Below the pieces are notes generated by a model, which had not been told where the DNA came from, ran no database searches, and saw only the letters and a program-made list of their open reading frames with translations. A DNA stretch of 64,000 bases, from assembly GCA_951406725.2 (NCBI GenBank), contig OX597815.1, positions 146,816,001 through 146,880,000 of the forward strand. The letters are read 5' to 3'. Made by a program: the position numbers and the translations under genes. Source of the stretch: Octopus vulgaris. Lineage: Eukaryota. Positions 13,958 to 26,847 of the stretch are shown piece after piece (position 1 is the first letter of the stretch; each line of letters begins with the position of its first letter).

Positions 13958-15600
13958 AAGTTGCAGACCACTCGGCCGATCATTACAGGTCCCACGCTGG
14001 TGAATCCCTTTCGTCCCCCAACAACTGTCACACCTTCAATGTTCCGATGATTCCAGTATAGATGAATCAGGACTATATCTTTGTTCGCGTTTACATAAAC
14101 ACCTAAGCAATAAGCGAAAGCAAAGTTCTTTCCACTAATTCATACTTGCGAGTGATAGTTATTCTCATGTCTTAGTGTGTATGTATGTGTAAGCACACAT
14201 GTGTGGATTTGTATATGTGTACGTACTTGTGTGTATGCATTGATATGTGCGCATACATAGTGTATGATACAATATAATTCAATCCAACATTTAGTAAATA
14301 ATCGTTATTAAGTCATCTATCATTGATGTCCGGTTGGCTTTCGCTTGGTAATTGGGAATAATATATTTTATCAGTTATCCGTGTTTTGTTTAGCAATAAA
14401 TTGTAATTCAATACACATACATTACATCTACCATACTTATTTTAGGAAAAATAAATGCCACCTGATATTGTTTTCCCATTGCTTGCGAGATAGCTTTATG
14501 TCGTATGAAATCATGTAGAAAGTATGCATAATCATTTTTTGTCATTAAGTTGACGTTTCTTTTTTGTCCTTTGTATTCTAATCAGGAATTTCTCGCATCC
14601 CATTCAAGGACTTCGAATTTCTTGGAGGATGTGAGGAACGTGTCCCTAAATCTGAGACTCGAGTCTAATGCATGTGAAAGAATGGACGCAGGTAAAAGCA
14701 TTCAAATTTCCAAGGGCTGGATTTCTAAACAGGGTACAATTAAAATCTATTAGCTAAATAGGTGATCGCGGGTTTTGAACTCAGATCACAGCGAATTGAA
14801 ATAAAAACCAAAAGGGATACGACTTATCATTGTTACATATACTCCAATACACAGGGGTGGATTAGTAGTAGTAATAGATATAATATGGGTACATTTGCTG
14901 TGACCGCGATTCGCTGAATGCTCCATTTGTTGTGATACCCTATAAATCGCAGGCGACTACATTACGTCACTCAAGCGACAACCCACCAGCGGCTGGGTCT
15001 ATTTGAGCGGTTATTGCAGGTGAAAGTTTTAAGAAGTCGGAATGCAAACCCTACTTCGATCTATTTTAGTCATCTTTTACAACAGGCATTCTATCCACCC
15101 ACTAAACAATGTCAATTAACTCTCTACTCATCTCTGAAATTTTACTTCTAAGTACTTTTTCATTATACACAAACGTCTTGTTAGCATATGACGTACAAAT
15201 ACTGTTGCCTATTCGTATTCGTGGCTTGGTCAGATAAAGGAAGGTACAGTTAATAACAGTTTAGATGCTCTCAAGTTTGAATGGAAACTGGTATTACACT
15301 AAAGAAATTACCTGACTATTTACAAAAAGTGATTTGTACTAATATCTCCCCAACCACAACTAGTGGCGTTTAATTCAGAAAGCAAATAGTTTGGCAAAAC
15401 TCAGAAGTTTACATTGGAAGAGAATACGTTCCCTCTATAAAACATAAATAACACAGAAGCATGTGTGGAAGTATCTCTTACGCGGGACAGTATAATGATT
15501 TCACATTTTGGCACAAGGACAATAGTTTTAGTGGTAGGATGTTTGTAGTTTACATCGACCCAATAATTAACGGATATTTATAAACTTTATCTTATTAATA

Positions 15601-15830
15601 TAGTAATCTCTCACCATATCGCGGTCCAGCTGGCGCGGTTCACCTATCACGGTTTAGTATTTAAGCTTACGTCGATTCCTCCATGGTGTCGTCTTGAATT
15701 TATAACAAAATAAATATACACAAATTCTATATATATATATAATTATACAGTACATTTTCTACTTCGCGGATTTTCACCTTTCGCGGTGGGGTTTTGGAAC
15801 GTAACACCTGCAATAGTCGAGGGATTATTG
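15601..15830. mobile_element. Tigger/pogo-type MITE nested in a family-D SINE remnant
   Basis: TA|TAGTAATCTCTCACCATATCGCGG ... CCTGCAATAGTCGAGGGATTATTG|TA: imperfect TIRs of the CAGTA.TCCCTCG type with a TA TSD; SINE sequence continues on both sides (15507-15600 and 15833-15945, minus). Confidence 0.8.
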
Positions 15831-16831
15831 TACTTAATCTCAGCGATTTTGGCCGGAATTTGAACTCAAAGCTGAAAGAAATGCAAGAGATTCCACTACG
15901 TAATATTTTCTCATCACTAACAATTTTTGCCATCTCAACGCCTTCACAGGCCAGAATAATAGCCATAAACTGATAATAATATTTCTAACCTTTTCAAGTA
16001 TACTTGATTCTGCTTTTAGAATTTTAATGTTCCATGCATTAAATATGTTCACACCCACGTATCTTCTTTTTATTATCATGGCTAAAAGTTATTATTCGAT
16101 TGATAATTTCAGTTTCGCTCAAAGATGTCTGCTCGCCCGTTCAATGTATTCGTTGTAATCAATAGGTATAGCTTTAAATATTTCCCGACGTCGAGTTCAC
16201 TGATATTTTCTTTGATGATTAATAATATTTCTTTAGCGTTAATTATCCGTAACTTATTAAAATATCATTAATTAAAAGCTAAAAATAAACAATTAAAAAT
16301 TGAAAGAAGTCAATTAATTAAAACTTCTGCAAACAATATATATATTAAACATTTTTAACTTATGTTGCAATAAGTTTATTTATTTCCCCTTCATGAAAGT
16401 CAACATTGACTTCAAAGACCGGTTGAATTTTACAGCTTTATATTTGCTGCTATTATTATTGTTTTATCTCTCATCAACATCTGAAAATGTGATCAAGGAA
16501 GTTCATCTCAAAACTTGTATCTCCATCAGAGCTACGTATCACGAACAGGTTGTGGCAAATGAATAACTACACTAACGGCAGCTATATGGTTCTCACAAGA
16601 ATCGCCGTATCGTCAGTTAGCCGCCAGGTACAGACAGAGCTGTTCTTTTCCTTGAAGAATTGGCGAAAACCAAGTACGTTGCCATCGAACATACGAAGCA
16701 GACCACGCAGATTATCTATATTATGAATGTATTCCTTTAATGTATTAAATCATTGAACTGCAACTATGTTAAAACAACGGTTTCAAGAAATTAATCCGAT
16801 GATATTAATTATAGAAGTTATTGTTTCTGGT

Positions 16832-17172
16832 GAAGACGCGTGGCTCAGTGGTTAGAGCGTCGAGCTTACGATCGTGAGGTTGTGAGTTCGAATCCCGGAC
16901 CGGGCTGCGTGTTGTGTTCTTGAGCAAGACACTTTATTTCACGTTGCTCCAGTTAACTCAGCTGTAGAAATGAGTTGCGACGTCATAGATGCCAAGCTGT
17001 ATCGACCCTTGCCTTTCTCTTGGACAACATCGGTGACGTGGAGAGGGGAGGCCGGTATGCATGGGCGACTGCTGGTCTTCCATAAAACAACCTTGTCCAG
17101 ACTTGTGCCTCAGAGGGTAACTCTCTAGGTGCAAAACCCATGGTCAGTGTCTGACCGAAGGGGGTCTCTCTC
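16832..17172 (+). mobile_element. tRNA-derived CORE-like SINE, family C, with a 10-bp TSD
   Basis: A box TGGCTCAGTGGTTAGAGC, B box GAGTTCGAATCCC, then GTGTTCTTGAGCAAGACACTTTATTTCACGTTGCTCCAGTTAACTCAGCTGTAGAAATGAG resembling the MIR CORE domain; perfect TSD TGTTTCTGGT at 16822-16831 and 17173-17182. Confidence 0.92.
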
Positions 17173-17364
17173 TGTTTCTGGTATATTTTTTTTTATCAAA
17201 ACGCTAAGATGCAATATTTTTTAACCAACACTAGTTTTGCTCAGGCAAAAACACAAACACACCAATGTGAGAATTATCTTTACTCGTTTAACTCGTGTTG
17301 TGTATAAACTGTAATATCAATGTGATAGCAAAAAAGATATGGGATAAATTAATTTCATATTATA

Positions 17365-18453
17365 TAGGGTGCAACAAAGAAAACCCACTCGGATATTACA
17401 AATGGTGACGGTGTGTCAAGGCAGCTAATGCTTTACCGTTTATTAGTTAACTTGTAGTATAACCCGGCCTTGCTCGGGATTAAGTTACGATTATTAAGCT
17501 AATCAAGTTCTTTATTTCAAAACAAACTAAGTAATATCGACGTCAAATTTGGGTGAAATCCGTTGAAATTGGTAGGGTTATTTAAGGAAATAAAGTTAAC
17601 TTCTGTTATGTTTGTAATGTTCATGAGATATTTGAAAGGCAGTGCTAATATATCAAATAAATGGATCGTCAACAAAACACTTTTTTAATCGGCGTAAAAT
17701 AAAAACAAAACTCTTTCGCACCCAAAGTAATATATATTTGAGAGAGTGGGGAGAGAAGGATGAACGATTTAAAATAAATATATTGTAATTGTTATGTGAG
17801 AAAGTATATATACTCTGATTATAAAATATAGTGTCTTTCAAAAACTATATCTCGTGTTTAAGAAAAAACAAAGCATTTTTACAGTTTATTTTTTATGAAC
17901 GCTGTGACTTACTCTCCCTCCACCTCTCTCTCTCACTTTGTCTTTACCCGTTTTCTTTTTTGTTAGACGCCGTGAAACTATCTCTCTTCCTTGCACATAC
18001 TTTTCCTTTACTATTTTTTTTAGACGTTGCGAAACACTCTCTCTCACTTACACACACACACACGAACATACATCAACGCACAACTTCAATCTCTCTCTCA
18101 CACACACACTTTCGCTTGGCTATAGCTAGAAGGGATTTAATTCATGTTAGCAATCTTCAAAATAGGTAAAAGCTATGGCTGAAAATAGATTTTTACCTAT
18201 ATCCGCGCGTGCCTCGGGAAAAAATATGTTGACAATACCGAGGTAGGGTTTTCACGAATGCCCTCCTATGCGTGCTAATTTGTGGACGCGCATAAATTAC
18301 AATCACGTACACACATACACACACACACACATATATGCACACACATCCTGCCTTATATATATACAGATTACGGGCAAGGTTTGAATCTGCTATGACGTGA
18401 GTTTGTTAAAACGTTTATAGATAAAAGTAAATCATATTGTTTGCTGCACCCTA
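17365..18453. mobile_element. Tc1/mariner-type MITE (~170 bp) split by a Helitron
   Basis: Ends TA|TAGGGTGCAACAAA and TTTGCTGCACCCTA|TA are inverted repeats with TA flanks. Confidence 0.7.
17451..18367 (-). mobile_element. Non-autonomous Helitron (917 bp, a different family)
   Basis: Minus strand begins A|TCTGTATATATATAAGGCAGG and ends with hairpin CCCGAGCAAGGCCGGG-TTATACTA-CAAG|T (CTAG variant); inserted at an AT site with no TSD. Confidence 0.82.
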
Positions 18454-20805
18454 TATGTATGACAATAATTACACACATTACCACCCACGTAAATATGTCT
18501 ATTATATATTTTTAAATTTATTTATGGGAAACGTTTTGAATACACAAATATAGCTCCTATTCCGGCCACAGGCTTATGATGTGTGTACCAGTTTGTGGGG
18601 TTTCATCCAGCTGTACCGATATAATATAGGATAAATATAGCAATAATAACAATAATCCTTGGATGGAATGTATAAATATTCTAATGCATCGCTACGCGCA
18701 TTTCCACAAATCACATATCACTTAAGATCACAGTAATGATTACAGTGTGGTTCGTAATATCTGAGGTCATTGGGTAGATCATCTTCATGGTTTCATTTCT
18801 TCAGGCGATATAAGATCAATGGATGTTTAACTGAAGGTCGTTTAGCCCTTTTGGCCTGTGAGAAGGTTGAGTTACGCGGGTATTTCTCTGTGTATTTGGT
18901 ACGCAGGAGGGGTGTGTACGTGAATGTTTGCGCGCATGTATGTGAATGCGTATGCATATGTGTGTGTGTGTGAGTGTGTGTGTGTGTGTGTGTGTGTACA
19001 CGTCGGAATTCCGCATAGTTTCTATGCATTAAAATTCACTTTAAAATTATTTGGCAACCTAAAATAAAAGTCTCATTCACAAATGTCCATGAAGTGAGAT
19101 TGAATCCAAAATCACTTAGTTTCCGACAAAACTTTCTTTGCTTTGAACATATATACTGATATTTATCAAATACTTTTAACTTACGCTTTAGATACTTCGA
19201 ACTAGTTAAGAAACACCAGAAACTCTAGCAATTGTGACATACAGTTCGTTCACTTTATACCGAAGGCTGCGAAACAAACACAAGCCAAAAAACATCGGGA
19301 TGTAATGAGGATTTCAAGAGAGGACTTTTTGTTGGAATACGCAATTATATGTTAATTTACACAAGGAATCAATTTACTTGAGTGAGAAAGTGAATGTTTA
19401 TCGTCGAAACCAAGGTTGGTTCAATAATAGCAATACATTCAGCATTACGGTTTATCCGTCGCTCTACCGAGGACAGACAGTACTAAGAGTTGTCAAAATT
19501 TATCACCCCTTATATATATTGATTCTTCACAGACATTCTACAACAGAATATAGTGTCGCTCACAAGCAAGAATGGTGTGATAGAATTTACTATGCTTTCG
19601 CTAAATGTTTCATGTTCTTATGTACACACTCTTGGTTCCATCACGCTCAATCAACAGAAAAATCTGGGAAGCAGTTATACAGGCAGAGAGGGCTGCATCA
19701 GCATACTGATAGCAATCATATAGAACTGTGTAGGAGAGAGCATAAAAGAGGATTTTACTGAAGGATCCAAGAGAATCACCTCATCAAATAACTGAATGCA
19801 AAGCTCTTGATTATATCCGAAAAACGTAACTACTAGATTTCGATTCTTCCCAGACATAATAACTCCAAAATATGGTTGCCTCCAGTCTATTAGATAAAGA
19901 CCAATATTCAACTGATATTTATTTTCTCGATTTCACTGATTAGAAACTTTAAGAAGTTTACATCAACGTAATCCGGTTTACACAGATTTTTGCCTACCAT
20001 TCGAACAAAGACATACATTAAGCATATTTTATTTTCATTCAACACCATACACTAGTTTCTCTAAATTTATTTTCACTATTGCCAGTTTTCTTTTCGTTAC
20101 ATTTTGAACACTTCAATCCAATTTAATAAACATACAATACTACCCAGCCAGAGCAATTTAGTTATGGGTATGAGTGGGAAGCGAATTACTAATAAATACA
20201 ATAACACCCCGCTGTAAGCACAGATGGAATACTATAAACATAGGTGGTATGCATTCTATGTTCTTCACTTATTTCTTTACATTCAGAAGTCTATTAATAT
20301 TGCTGATATTTGCCAGTATAATTATATATTTTTTGAGCATGTAAGCGAACTTCATATTTATAAGAGATACAAGAATAAAATAACATTGCACCTATGCTTA
20401 TATTGCACCCATAGCAAAACGTTCGTCCTTATTACCCATGTAACATATATCCTCTCCGTCTTCCGAGGATGGGGTGGGACAGTACCGTCTAGTTTGGGAG
20501 ACGCATCATGCTTTCTTTTATTACGCTTGGCAATGTTTGTTCTCAAACTTGTTCTACGATTTCCAATAATTCAAAGTATTCATTCTTCAAATGCTGACCA
20601 TTAATATGAGAAAATAGAAACATCAGTTAATTATATTTTCTCGTTTTATTCCTTTTTCCATTTTACCATTGATTTTATTTTTATTTAATTCCGATTCGTG
20701 TAAAGTATAAAACACTTGAACTGTATGATAATGTTTTGTAAATTTTTAGAGCATATTTCTGTCTCTCTTTGTTTCAACTATCTATCTAACTATCTATGTG
20801 TGTGT

Positions 20806-20860
<55 letters not shown>

Positions 20861-20904
20861 TGTGTATCCATATTCATTTGCGTGTATGTACATACATACA
20901 TACA

Positions 20905-20947
<43 letters not shown>

Positions 20948-21619
20948 CATGTATACATACATATATATGTAAATACACACACACATACACACCCACATAT
21001 ATATATATACACATAAGCACATGTTTATAGATATATATGTGTAAATATATATCAATATATTTATACTTAAATACAACTGTATATACAATCGTATATGTTG
21101 TTTTATCAGCCTCTGTTTACATACATATATACACCCACAACCGTGTCTGAGTGTGTGGAAGTGTGTGTGTGTATACTTGCTAATTTGTGTATATGTATGT
21201 CTGTCTGTGTTTTTGCCTATTTGTCTATCTGTTTATCTCCCCTCCAAATTCGTTCGGCAATCAACTAACGAACCAATTAAATATCGGATTTCGCGTCTGA
21301 ATGCTATATTAATCAATATTTCGATAAATGTACACGTCAATAACCTTCATCTGCTTAGTTATGGAAGCATATGCCAAAAGCCATAATCACACGTTTGATC
21401 ACAAAGCTAGTTATATTGCACTTTCAATCAATCGCTACCAAGCACACATACACACAAACACACACACACACACACACGCACACACACGCGCACACACACA
21501 CACACACACACACTCACAAACACGCACACATAAGCAGAAACACACGTCACTTACATGCCAAACACACGTTCATATGCATATATGTATACTATATATGTAT
21601 GTATGTAAATATTATACAC

Positions 21620-21655
<36 letters not shown>

Positions 21656-21685
21656 CCTTCATACATATATATATATATATGTATA

Positions 21686-21773
<88 letters not shown>

Positions 21774-22138
21774 GTTGTGTGAGTGTTTGTATGTATGCAT
21801 GAATGTATGTAGGCATAGACAACTAAACTAGCAGTTCGATTTACGTCCCCGCTGATGCAATCTCAATCGATAGCAGCTTGAGTAAATGTGTTTTACCATA
21901 AACTCACATCATAAGTAACCAGGGGTAGATTAAAAACGGACTGGAATCCGTCCACTTGATAATAGCTGTAAGTGTTGGTGGGTGGATATCTCGGAGAAAA
22001 CCTCACACGTTTTACCTAAAGACTTTTCCATAATAGATCGAATGTGTATTATGCAATCATCTACAATAAATTTAAATTGTTATGCTGTATTATTAAACGA
22101 TTTACTGAGGCGCCCGTATTCCAAATATATACACACAT

Positions 22139-22174
<36 letters not shown>

Positions 22175-22463
22175 GTGCGTGCAGATGTACACACACACAC
22201 ACACATACACATAATCAAATGGTATGTTAAAAGTTGAATAATCCAACATCAAAAATAACAACGACAAAACAAGAGAACATACACACGGAATGAATTAGTG
22301 AAGGGGGAAAGAAGAGTGGGCTTTTTATCGTTTCGCGAGTATCTCCTCGGCAGACCCCGAGAACGAGAAATTTCACGAACACCTCGTATCTGGTTTATAT
22401 ATATATAAACTTACTTGGAAATGGATGCACGACTTTCAGTGGTATGATAATATAAATAATATA

Positions 22464-22566
<103 letters not shown>

Positions 22567-22620
22567 GCATATATACATGTTAATGTACATACTTATATAT
22601 GTATATACATATGGATATAT

Positions 22621-23200
22621 GGGTACATGACGTAAACAACATGAATACGAAAACATGGAATACGAACTTTTTTTGCGAAGAAAGAAAGAAGCAAGTAGAA
22701 AACAAGGCAAGTAAAATAAAGAACGGCCCTTCATCAGTTTTCGGTTGTTTTATCTACTCCTCAGTAATTACGACAAGATGTGTCTTCGAGAAACAGTTGC
22801 ACCCGCAAAATAAAATTTGAGATTGCAGAGGGTCAAATATGGTGACAAAAATAGGGCAGTGACCATCCTCCAGCGTTCACCACCCCACCTCGTTATGGCT
22901 TAGTAGCACTTACTGTTCGTTTTCACTGTCCTCGTTTTGTTATCAACTTTGAGCCTCTGCAAATCCAAAATTTTATTTAATTTGCTCTGCAGGAAGGATT
23001 GTTACAATTAAGTCGCGTCTTGTCGTTACCTTTGACACGCGGAGTAGACGGAATAGGGAAAACTGAAGAAGAGGAATGTTCCTTGTGTTGTATGTCTTGT
23101 ACTCTGTTTTTTCATTGTGTTAAAAAAGATCGTTTCCATGTTTCTGTCTATATGTTTTCGTTTCTCATTGTGTTCAACATTTTGTTGGTGTCCTGTACTC
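22621..23200. repeat. Imperfect ~580-bp fold-back (arms 22621-22862 and 22923-23200) flanked by (TA)n; third copy at 42368-~42860
   Basis: Reverse complement of the left arm (TCACTGCCCTATTTTTGTCACCATATTTGACCCTCTGCAATCTCAAATTTTATTT...TCTTGTCGT...GGAGTAGA...GAAAACTGATGAAG...TGTACCC) aligns to the right arm (TCACTGTCCTCGTTTTGTTATCAACTTTGAGCCTCTGCAAATCCAAAATTTTATTT...TCTTGTCGT...GGAGTAGA...GAAAACTGAAGAAG...TGTACTC). Confidence 0.8.
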
Positions 23201-23699
23201 ATAATATATGCATGTATATATACATATAGATGTAGGTATGTACATATATGTATATATATATACATATATTCATATATTTATATAGGAAAGATCTGACTTC
23301 TAAATTTTTTGAAGTGTAACATTTAATAAGGAAAAATTAGTGGATACATAACAACATCGTTCATCCCCAGATGTAAGTCCATTGCATAACTTATTACATA
23401 GCATTTTATAAATTCGTATTGTTCCATAACTATTGCATCTCTTCGGCTGATGTTCTGCCATACATACACACATACATATATACATACGTACGTCACGTTA
23501 AGACCACAGATCACAATATGCAGTATGCCTAGAACAAACTACAGGGTATAGTTTCTGTCCCGTTACATGGCTGCTATTCAGTCTCTGCTGCGGAATCAGG
23601 ATTAACATGAAATAATGTGCTTTGCTTGACTTTTACTCTCAAGAAGTTGAACCCACGACGTTATAATCGTTAGCCTATCAACTTATCAAAATAAAAAGT

Positions 23700-23990
23700 G
23701 AGAGCACATGGCTTAATGTTTACGTTATTCGACTCACAGTCGTGAGTTCGATATCCGGCAGTGAGCTGTATTCCTGAACGAGACACTTTATTTCGTGTTG
23801 CTGGGGTTCACTCAGCTGGCAAATATGAGTAGTACTTCCAATTTAAAGAGCTATATTTATCACATTCTGTGCCATGTCGAATCTCCCTGAGACTTGCGTT
23901 AAAGATATGCGTGTTTGTGGGTAGCTCAGCCACTTGCAGGTTAATTTCACGAGCTGGAACCCTCGTCGTCATAACCGACGTATTGGCAGC
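23700..23990 (+). mobile_element. Degenerate CORE-like SINE with a different 3' tail
   Basis: CATGGCTTAATG...GAGTTCGATATCC...GAGACACTTTATTTCGTGTTGCT..GTTCACTCAGCTG; terminal stem-loop CGTCG-TCATAAC-CGACG; related tail remnant at ~55400-55520. Confidence 0.7.
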
Positions 23991-24310
23991 TAGGAACTAT
24001 CGACTGGACTATAATCTTCCACATACACACGTACACAAACATACGCACACATAAACACACATAACACTCACATGTGATCAACCGTCGATGCTGAATCGTG
24101 AAAGTCAATCGCCGAAATTGTTTAGTTGGTAAACCGTGAAACAAGCTCGCAGTGGTATCTATATTTCATTCATGATCAATTGCTTCTAACTGGAATATAT
24201 TGCAGTATTTCAGCATTTCCGATTATTGTGTTACTCTCCCACAGGAAATAAATACCGTCCTTTCTTTCACTCGCCCTGTCTTTCTCTCTGTCTGTCAGTC
24301 TAACTCTCCC

Positions 24311-24353
<43 letters not shown>

Positions 24354-24713
24354 TCTCTATATATATTTATTAGTCTCTTGGATATACTCACTCTTCTCTC
24401 TCCCTCTGTCTCCAACAGACATTCGTTTTTCAGTTAACAAAAACACAAATTAAAGAACTAATATAAAAAAGCCCTGAGGGTACTATTGAAGCATTCAATT
24501 ATTTATTGTCACTTGAACAGAGCGATTCGATCTTTCAGACCGGAAGTCGTCACCAGACTGAATTCTTCTTCTGGAATGTGTCGACGCTCACATAAATGCT
24601 CCTCTAGGAAATAAAGGTTTGATATAAACACATCAATAAAAATCGACGATAATTTCACTTCCAATATAAAATATTGCAAACACCTCCAGAGAAGGAGTAT
24701 TTCAGCAATAATC

Positions 24714-24828
24714 ATGTTGTTGTCATCACTTCTATTATATTCTGGTATTCTTGGTACCATTAGAAGTCATTGTAGAGGGAAAAAAAGATACGGAAAGCCA
24801 GAATGTAAGATAGATATGGATAGCATTG
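24714..24828 (+). CDS. Candidate first coding exon of a secreted or membrane protein (signal-peptide-like)
   Basis: ATCATG start, MLLSSLLLYSGILGTIRSHCRGKKRYGKPECKIDMDSI, then a consensus phase-1 donor G|GTAAGT at 24829. Upstream is non-repetitive with a TCAGTT Inr-like motif near 24430 after (CT)n tracts. No homology recognised. Confidence 0.3.
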
Positions 24829-26624
24829 GTAAGTCACTCTATAAACGTACTCTAAATTTTCCTGTCTTTCTTAGGTTATATATACATAAATTTATTTATG
24901 TGTGTCTATTTATACACAAGCACACAAACATACACACATACACACACAAGCACACACACAAGCACACACACACACACACACACAAGCACACGCACGCACA
25001 CATCCAGAGGGAGATGCAGAGAGTGAAAGAGAAATGTGGGGATAGGGATGTCAAATATATTTAATAAATCATAATTATCAGCAGCAGCATCGGTGTTATA
25101 TTCATCACCCTCAATCATCATCATCATCATCATCATCATTGCAACTAGAACGAATATTACCTTTATCACCATCACTGTCAGTAAATAAACACAAATTATC
25201 AGCCTAGCCTTAATCGTCGCCATCAACTTCATTAGCGTCCGCCATCAATATGTGACATAAATTATTCTGAGAAACTATAAGTATTAAATAAAATATGATT
25301 TACTAATGCTTTTTTATTTATTTGCTTCTTTATTTATTGAGTTCTCGTCGGAATTCATTCCAAGATCGATGGTTACTTTTGATGGAAGAAGCTGCTTATT
25401 ACAAATTAGATTACAATGAATAAGAAATTGGGAGAGGAATATTGGAAATGGTAAAGAAGCAAAAACGCTTTTCGACTCAGAGGAGATGGATTTTTCAATT
25501 TAGCTGAATTAGAATTAATGGTGGAATTACAGAGATGCTCCTTGTAGTAAAAGAAATATTGGATAGTAATTGCCCTCAACCAGCTAGAATCATTATGATC
25601 AATCATTTGAAGTATGTGGATGAACTCCAATCAGGAATACATTTACTTACAGGTCACATCACTACGGACTTGCATCTGAAAGGAATGGGTTTTAATTAAG
25701 CGATATTAATGAAGTGACACATATTTCCAAACGGTAAAGATTCTAAATAATGATATAAAAAATATATTATATGGGCAAAAAGAAATACATGGACTATAGG
25801 TTACACAAGCATGCGCGCACACACATGTTTAAGTATATATGTGTATGGAGTATACGTACACGTATATACATATATTCATGCATACATATATACATACATG
25901 TATGTATATCTACAGAGCATGCTTTCTATAGACAAAATCATGGCCTATATAGATTATTCATATACACTCATATATATTCACGTATTATATATGCGGATGC
26001 TTATATATCAAGTCTGAATATTTTTAAAAGAAGCATAGTCTACACTTTAGAAAAATTCGTTTTGTGTGTTTCTCTACATAATATTATCTCTACATAATAT
26101 CTATTTATATATAAACGTAGCTGTTTATACATAAGCACGAAAAATATATTGTGAAGACCAACAACAAAATAGAACGGAAGAAGTAAAAGCACATGTTACT
26201 GTGTGTTTGTTTAAAGCTTGAATGAAAAGGAAACAGTCTTGACGATTCGGATTTTATTTCTGCATCAGTAGAGAAGGAACCAAAGTAAAGAAGTGAGTTA
26301 AAGAAGGTTGGTTGATGATTTATATTTACCATAATTCAAATAATTTACCATTGTTTTGAAACATTTGTAAAATATATTGTACTGTCATTATTTATTCATC
26401 TTTATTTATTTGAATTTCTTTAACGCGCGACATGTATACCTAATGTTGGTAGATACACGTCAGATACAGAATGCTAATTAACATTTGTGATTATATTATC
26501 TATTCTTTTGAATGGATTATAAAATTGGGACATTAATATATTCGTATATCTAGAGAGTACAACTCAAGCTTAGATACATCTAGAGGTTACCGAGAAAAAT
26601 TAGCGATCGTAACACAAAAAGAAG

Positions 26625-26669
<45 letters not shown>

Positions 26670-26760
26670 GTGTGTGGGTGTCTGTGTGTGTGTATATATA
26701 TATATATAACATAAATAATACATAAATATATGAATATATACATATATGTACATACTTACA

Positions 26761-26847
<87 letters not shown>

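Noticed and set aside
16470-16710. Possible APE endonuclease N-terminus on the minus strand
   Set aside because: Only vague NV.G / DTAIL similarity across frameshifts.
16832-16905. tRNA-like sequence with A and B boxes
   Set aside because: It continues into a SINE body with a TSD and has no proper acceptor stem or terminator, so it is a SINE head rather than a tRNA gene; the same applies at 957, 29507 and 49410.
19378-19761. 127-aa ORF
   Set aside because: No recognisable domain; scattered fragments hint at an old LINE RT C-terminus but cannot be supported.
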